A DNA stretch of 64,000 bases from an uncultured Gammaproteobacteria bacterium. Its GTDB lineage: Bacteria > Patescibacteriota > Microgenomatia > Levybacterales > GWA1-39-11. Below the pieces are notes generated by a model, which saw only the letters and a list, made by a program, of their open reading frames with translations, was not told the origin of the DNA and searched no databases. Made by a program: the position numbers and the translations under genes. Shown piece by piece: positions 59,452-64,000 of this stretch (positions are counted from its first letter, which is position 1; each line of letters begins with the position of its first letter). The stretch is from positions 463-64,462 of the forward strand of contig CAZIAP010000003.1 of the NCBI GenBank assembly GCA_964537315.1, read 5' to 3'.

Positions 59452-60342
59452 ATGGATACATATTTACTTATTAGTCTAATTGCAAACCTCGTATTGATGG
59501 TATTCCTTTTAGTGTTTATGTATTCGGTCTACATGCACGATAAACAGTTCGATAAAGATAGAAAGGCACTTCATCTTGATGCGTCCAGATCTATAGAGGA
59601 TTCACATAAACGGGCTAAAGAGATTGTAGAACAGGCAGTGAGTCGTGCTCAGGATATCCTACTTAAGACCCAGTATATTAGAGACGATATTATCAAAAAT
59701 CTTGAACATAATCTCTCTGACGTATCTGATGCAACTGTCAAAATGGTTCGCGAGGAAGCTTTGTCATTTAACCAAGAGTACAAAACGCTTTTGGAATCTA
59801 TCCAGGTAGAGCACGCAAAAATGCTTGAGGAAGCTCGTTCAGCTTTGCAGGATGTGGAGTACTTAAAAAAAGAGTTTCATACAGATCTAATGTCAGAAGT
59901 GAAGCTTGTGCTTGAAGAGGCACATAAGAGCGTGGCTGCTGAGACTGATAAGTTTGATGCAGAGTACGCTCAGTTACTAAGTCAGACAAAGCAGGAATAT
60001 ATGGCAAAAGCTGAAGAAGCACTAAAGATATTAGAGAGAATTCCTGAGCAAGAGATGAAGGAGTTCAAAGAAGTACTGCAGAAAGAATCGCTTTCCGCAC
60101 AGAAATTATTAGGAAATCGTATAAACGAACTTTTTTCAGCAGCAGAAAAGGAAGTAGATGCATATAAACAGCAGCGGATAAGCGAAGTAAAGACGCAGCT
60201 AGAGTCTGCAACAGAGACGATATTAGAGGAGGTTATAGGAAAAAAATTAAGTCGTCAGGATCATGAGGTTCTGGTTATGAAAGCCTTAGACAAGGTTAAA
60301 TTGGAAGGTTCACTTCCAAAAAAAGAAGATCAATTAACTTAA
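59452..60342 (+). CDS. atpF: F-type ATP synthase subunit b-like (extended, 296 aa)
   Basis: It has an N-terminal TM 'LLISLIANLVLMVFLLVFMY' followed by a long charged coiled coil. It sits immediately upstream of atpH. Confidence 0.6.
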   Translation: MDTYLLISLIANLVLMVFLLVFMYSVYMHDKQFDKDRKALHLDASRSIEDSHKRAKEIVEQAVSRAQDILLKTQYIRDDIIKNLEHNLSDVSDATVKMVREEALSFNQEYKTLLESIQVEHAKMLEEARSALQDVEYLKKEFHTDLMSEVKLVLEEAHKSVAAETDKFDAEYAQLLSQTKQEYMAKAEEALKILERIPEQEMKEFKEVLQKESLSAQKLLGNRINELFSAAEKEVDAYKQQRISEVKTQLESATETILEEVIGKKLSRQDHEVLVMKALDKVKLEGSLPKKEDQLT

Positions 60343-60374
60343 TTGTTTTACTAAATTGAAAGAAAAACATTACT

Positions 60375-60866
60375 ATGAATCTGCCCATATTAACTCACAT
60401 TTATACGCAAGAAGACAAAGTGTATATTTTGGATAAGCTGGATAAGCTAGGTCAGGCGACATATTCTGTGAAAACATCATTTGAGTCTGAGGTTTATAAT
60501 GCTTTTTCATTTTTTTTGGCTGAATCTCTCTTAGAGTCAGCTAAATCACAAAATGTTTCCCTAACTGATCCTCAAGCGGTTCAAGGATTTTTACAGGAAG
60601 TTCAGGCAGCTATTAACGCTTTACCTAAAGCGACAGTTCGGTTGGCATTTACCCCTAGTAATGACTTGTTAAGAGATATTGCGAAACGTTTTGATATATT
60701 AATTGGCGGCAAAATAATAGTTGACTATGTTGTTGATCCAGACCTAATAGGAGGGGTGATAGTTGAAGTAAATGGAAAACATCTTGACTATTCATTGAAG
60801 AAGCTTATTCGTGAAAAGCTAAGTTTCGAGATAGGGAAGGAAAAGGAAGCAGGGGTATCAATATAA
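60375..60866 (+). CDS. atpH: F-type ATP synthase subunit delta (OSCP)
   Basis: The C-terminal motif 'VDPDLIGGVIVEVNGKHLDYSLKKLIREKL' is typical of delta. Length is 163 aa. Confidence 0.8.
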   Translation: MNLPILTHIYTQEDKVYILDKLDKLGQATYSVKTSFESEVYNAFSFFLAESLLESAKSQNVSLTDPQAVQGFLQEVQAAINALPKATVRLAFTPSNDLLRDIAKRFDILIGGKIIVDYVVDPDLIGGVIVEVNGKHLDYSLKKLIREKLSFEIGKEKEAGVSI

Positions 60867-60896
60867 TATCTTGTCCTTACCTATTACAAAATTTAT

Positions 60897-62471
60897 ATGT
60901 ACAATTTTGAACAGTTATTATCAGAAACAGGTGAGTACGGGGTAGCTACAGAGGTTAGGCCTCCACTTGTAGTACTTTCTGGTCTCTCAAATAGTAGTGT
61001 AGGTGAAATTATTGTATTTGAGAGTGGAGAGGTAGGAGAAGTTTTTATTCTGGAACGTGATCAAGTACAGGTTCAGGTCTTTTCATCTACTACTGTAAAA
61101 GTAGGTACTCGTGCGACTCGCACCGACAAGACTGTGAACGTGCCTGTGGGAGAGGAATTATTGGGAAAGATAATTACGCCTTTAGGCCAGCAAAAATCGG
61201 GAGAACAAAGCTATATAGCTCCACAAACTGAGCATGCAATAGACACCCCCGCTCGTGGGATCTCTGAAAGATCAAAAATTGATAAACCTTTTTTTACCGG
61301 TACAGCAGTAATTGATATGATGATACCTCTTGGATGTGGGCAAAAAGAGCTTATTATTGGGGATAGAAAGACAGGAAAAACATCATTCTTACTCTCTACC
61401 ATAAAAAACCAAGTACAGCAGTACGGAACTATCGCCATATACGCTGCTATTTCTAAGCAAAAGAGTGATATTAAAAAGATTCAAGATTTTTTTGTCAAAG
61501 AAAACTTGGTAGATAACACTGTAATTGTTGCGACAGAAGCAGACGACTCTCCCAGCCTTATCTATCTCACTCCTTATAGTGCCATGACCATAGGGGAGTA
61601 CTTTCTGAATCAAGGTCACAATGTACTTGTTGTGCTTGACGACCTTTCTACCCACGCAAAGTTTTATCGGGAGGTCTCATTATTGGCAAATAGATTTCCC
61701 GGTCGTGATTCATATCCAGGAGATATTTTTTATACTCACGCAAGGCTTCTTGAGAGGGCAGGGAATTTTAAGTACAAGGAAGGCAATAGGTCACTTACCG
61801 TACTGCCGGTTGCAGAGATTGTAGAGGGAGATTTTACTGGGTATATTGCAACTAATCTTATGGGTATGACTGACGGACATATCTATTTTGACAGCAACGT
61901 ATATTACAAAGGTATCAGACCAGCAGTTAATATATCATTGTCTGTTACTCGTGTGGGTCGTCAAGCACAGAACGAGCTTACCCGCAGTATTAATCGTGAG
62001 CTTACAGCATTTCTGGCTTTATATGATAAGATGCAAAATCTTTCCCACTTTGGCGCAGAGCTTAGCGATACAGTGAAGCAAGTGCTTTCAACAGGAGAGA
62101 TTGTATATTCCTTCTTTGAGCAACCATATAAGGTTGTAATCTCTTTGGAGGTTCAGATAATTCTTTTCTCAATGCTCTGGCTTAAATTTTTTGAGAAGTC
62201 AGGAAAAGAGGATATTGCTGCATATCGTGAAGCGTTAAGTAAGTCTTATCAAAATCCGTCAAATAAACAGCTTATAGATAATTTCCTTCAGACCTCAAAG
62301 ACATTTAATGAACTTCTTGGAAAAATATCTCAGTATAAGGATCAATTACTCGCTATGTGTAATGTTGTACCGTCACAAAATACCGGAAAAGTGATTGGTA
62401 AGGTTGATGAGATGATTCAAAGCTCAGTGCAGGAGACTGACGGAGAAGAAGAGAAGGTTAAAGCAAGTTAA
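60897..62471 (+). CDS. atpA: F-type ATP synthase subunit alpha
   Basis: It has the P-loop 'GDRKTGKTSFLLSTIKNQ' and 'VVLDDLSTHAKFYREVSLLANRFPGRDSYPGDIFYTHARLLERA'. Length is 524 aa. Confidence 0.9.
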   Translation: MYNFEQLLSETGEYGVATEVRPPLVVLSGLSNSSVGEIIVFESGEVGEVFILERDQVQVQVFSSTTVKVGTRATRTDKTVNVPVGEELLGKIITPLGQQKSGEQSYIAPQTEHAIDTPARGISERSKIDKPFFTGTAVIDMMIPLGCGQKELIIGDRKTGKTSFLLSTIKNQVQQYGTIAIYAAISKQKSDIKKIQDFFVKENLVDNTVIVATEADDSPSLIYLTPYSAMTIGEYFLNQGHNVLVVLDDLSTHAKFYREVSLLANRFPGRDSYPGDIFYTHARLLERAGNFKYKEGNRSLTVLPVAEIVEGDFTGYIATNLMGMTDGHIYFDSNVYYKGIRPAVNISLSVTRVGRQAQNELTRSINRELTAFLALYDKMQNLSHFGAELSDTVKQVLSTGEIVYSFFEQPYKVVISLEVQIILFSMLWLKFFEKSGKEDIAAYREALSKSYQNPSNKQLIDNFLQTSKTFNELLGKISQYKDQLLAMCNVVPSQNTGKVIGKVDEMIQSSVQETDGEEEKVKAS

Positions 62472-62474
62472 ACT

Positions 62475-63359
62475 ATGCAAAACAAACATAAAACAGCTTC
62501 AGATTTAGAGTTGGTGGGGACACTTAAAATGCTTGCCCAAGCCTATGAGGAAGTATCAGTACTAAAAATGCAAAAAGTACGTACTTCAGTACTTACCACT
62601 CGTGAATTTTTAGATGGACTGTCAACTGTGTTTGTAGATGTGAAACGTAACTATGGGAATAAAATTCAAAAGCTAATTGAGAAGAAGAAATATTCACCGC
62701 AGACTACTTTTTCTACTCGTTCACATAACGGCAAGGTTCTATCGGTGTTTCTCTCTGCGAACAGCAAGTTTTATGGTGATATCGTGAAAAGAATTTTTGA
62801 TGTTTTTATTTCTGATATTCAGAAGAAGAACTCAGATATCTTGATTATCGGCAAAATGGGTAAAGAGTTAATGGAAAACTCAAAATATAAAAAGAATTAT
62901 TTCTATCTTGATCTGCCGGATTCTGAGGTTGAGATGGATAATCTTCAACCTATCGTTGATACTTTGTCCCAGTATGAGAAAGTTGATGTTTATTATGGTA
63001 GGTTTTCAAACATGGTTAACCAGGTTCCAACGATGTCAAACGTATCTGGACAGGAGATATTGGATACTCAGGATACATCTAAAGACAAAATCGTGCAGTA
63101 TGCATTTGAACCAAGTATGGAGATGATACTAGACTTTTTTGAAAACCAGGTTTTTATTTCATTATTCAAGCAAACAGTAAACGAAACAGAGCTGGCGCGA
63201 CTTGCTTCGCGTATCAGGGCAATGGAAGAGGCGTTGGGAAATATTGAGAAGCTAGAGCCGCGGATAAAACGAGAAAGTAAGATTTATCAGCGTGCAATAC
63301 AGAACAAAAAACAACTTGAGATTATGACAAGTGTATACTTTTTAAGTCAGAATAGGTAG
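62475..63359 (+). CDS. atpG: F-type ATP synthase subunit gamma
   Basis: It lies between alpha and beta. The N-terminal helix is 'LVGTLKMLAQAYEEVSVLKMQKVRTSVLTTREF'. Length is 294 aa. Confidence 0.8.
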   Translation: MQNKHKTASDLELVGTLKMLAQAYEEVSVLKMQKVRTSVLTTREFLDGLSTVFVDVKRNYGNKIQKLIEKKKYSPQTTFSTRSHNGKVLSVFLSANSKFYGDIVKRIFDVFISDIQKKNSDILIIGKMGKELMENSKYKKNYFYLDLPDSEVEMDNLQPIVDTLSQYEKVDVYYGRFSNMVNQVPTMSNVSGQEILDTQDTSKDKIVQYAFEPSMEMILDFFENQVFISLFKQTVNETELARLASRIRAMEEALGNIEKLEPRIKRESKIYQRAIQNKKQLEIMTSVYFLSQNR

Positions 63360-63395
63360 GTTAGAGGGAGAGAATACTTGAACCTTTATTATTAA

Positions 63396-64000
<605 letters not shown>

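Overview
This 64-kb window looks like a low-GC bacterial chromosome segment. By inference it resembles a CPR/Patescibacteria-like genome: it has a short 4-domain S1 protein, giant surface proteins, an rRNA intron, LPXTG-like sorting signals and the standard genetic code. Reading left to right, the window contains the following.

- **rRNA tail (1-1233).** The 3' part of a 23S rRNA carries a ~400-nt ORF-less insertion at the conserved GGCACCU^CGAUGUCGGCUC site, which has group I intron hallmarks. A 5S rRNA follows.
- **Housekeeping block.** A minus-strand S2P(M50)-gpmA-pth operon is followed by rpsA, then radA with a PIN/TRAM (YacL-like) gene.
- **Envelope glycosylation operon (7582-12550, minus).** It encodes a GT4, a GT2, a 620-aa polytopic GT-C-like membrane protein and two small membrane proteins.
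- **Modular secreted paralogs (12722-17833, minus).** Four secreted/lipoprotein paralogs are built from shuffled modules in the pattern A-B, B, A-C, lipo-repeat-C.
  - Each paralog is preceded by a ~200-bp conserved intergenic element with 12-13-bp terminal inverted repeats, nested hairpins and a TTAACA -35-like box.
  - Each is followed by a GC-rich hairpin.
  - A fifth surface protein (SAP-like, Ig-like, coiled-coil, C-terminal TM) shares the promoter motif.
- **Other genes.** These are an LPXTG-like anchored protein, rho, a LysM-M23 peptidase, a GxxExxY-family gene flanked by inverted repeats, and an O-antigen-ligase-like TPR membrane protein. There is also an IS200/RAYT-like Y1 transposase with two adjacent REP-like hairpins and a 526-aa exported protein.
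- **Two giant repeat proteins (28431-58239, minus).**
  - They are 2783 aa and 6954 aa long.
  - They share a near-identical ~655-bp 3' module.
  - They are built from ~1.2-kb near-identical super-repeats.
  - The larger one has two N-terminal MerR/excisionase-type HTH domains before its membrane anchor.
- **ATP synthase operon (58570-64000, plus).** An F-type atpF-atpH-atpA-atpG-atpD(partial) operon has no atpB or atpE upstream. Instead it is preceded by a chimeric gene. That gene joins a signal/TM segment, a ~90-aa module also found in both giant proteins, and a C-terminal two-helix hairpin resembling an ATP synthase c-subunit that lacks the conserved carboxylate.

No CRISPR array and no tRNA were found.
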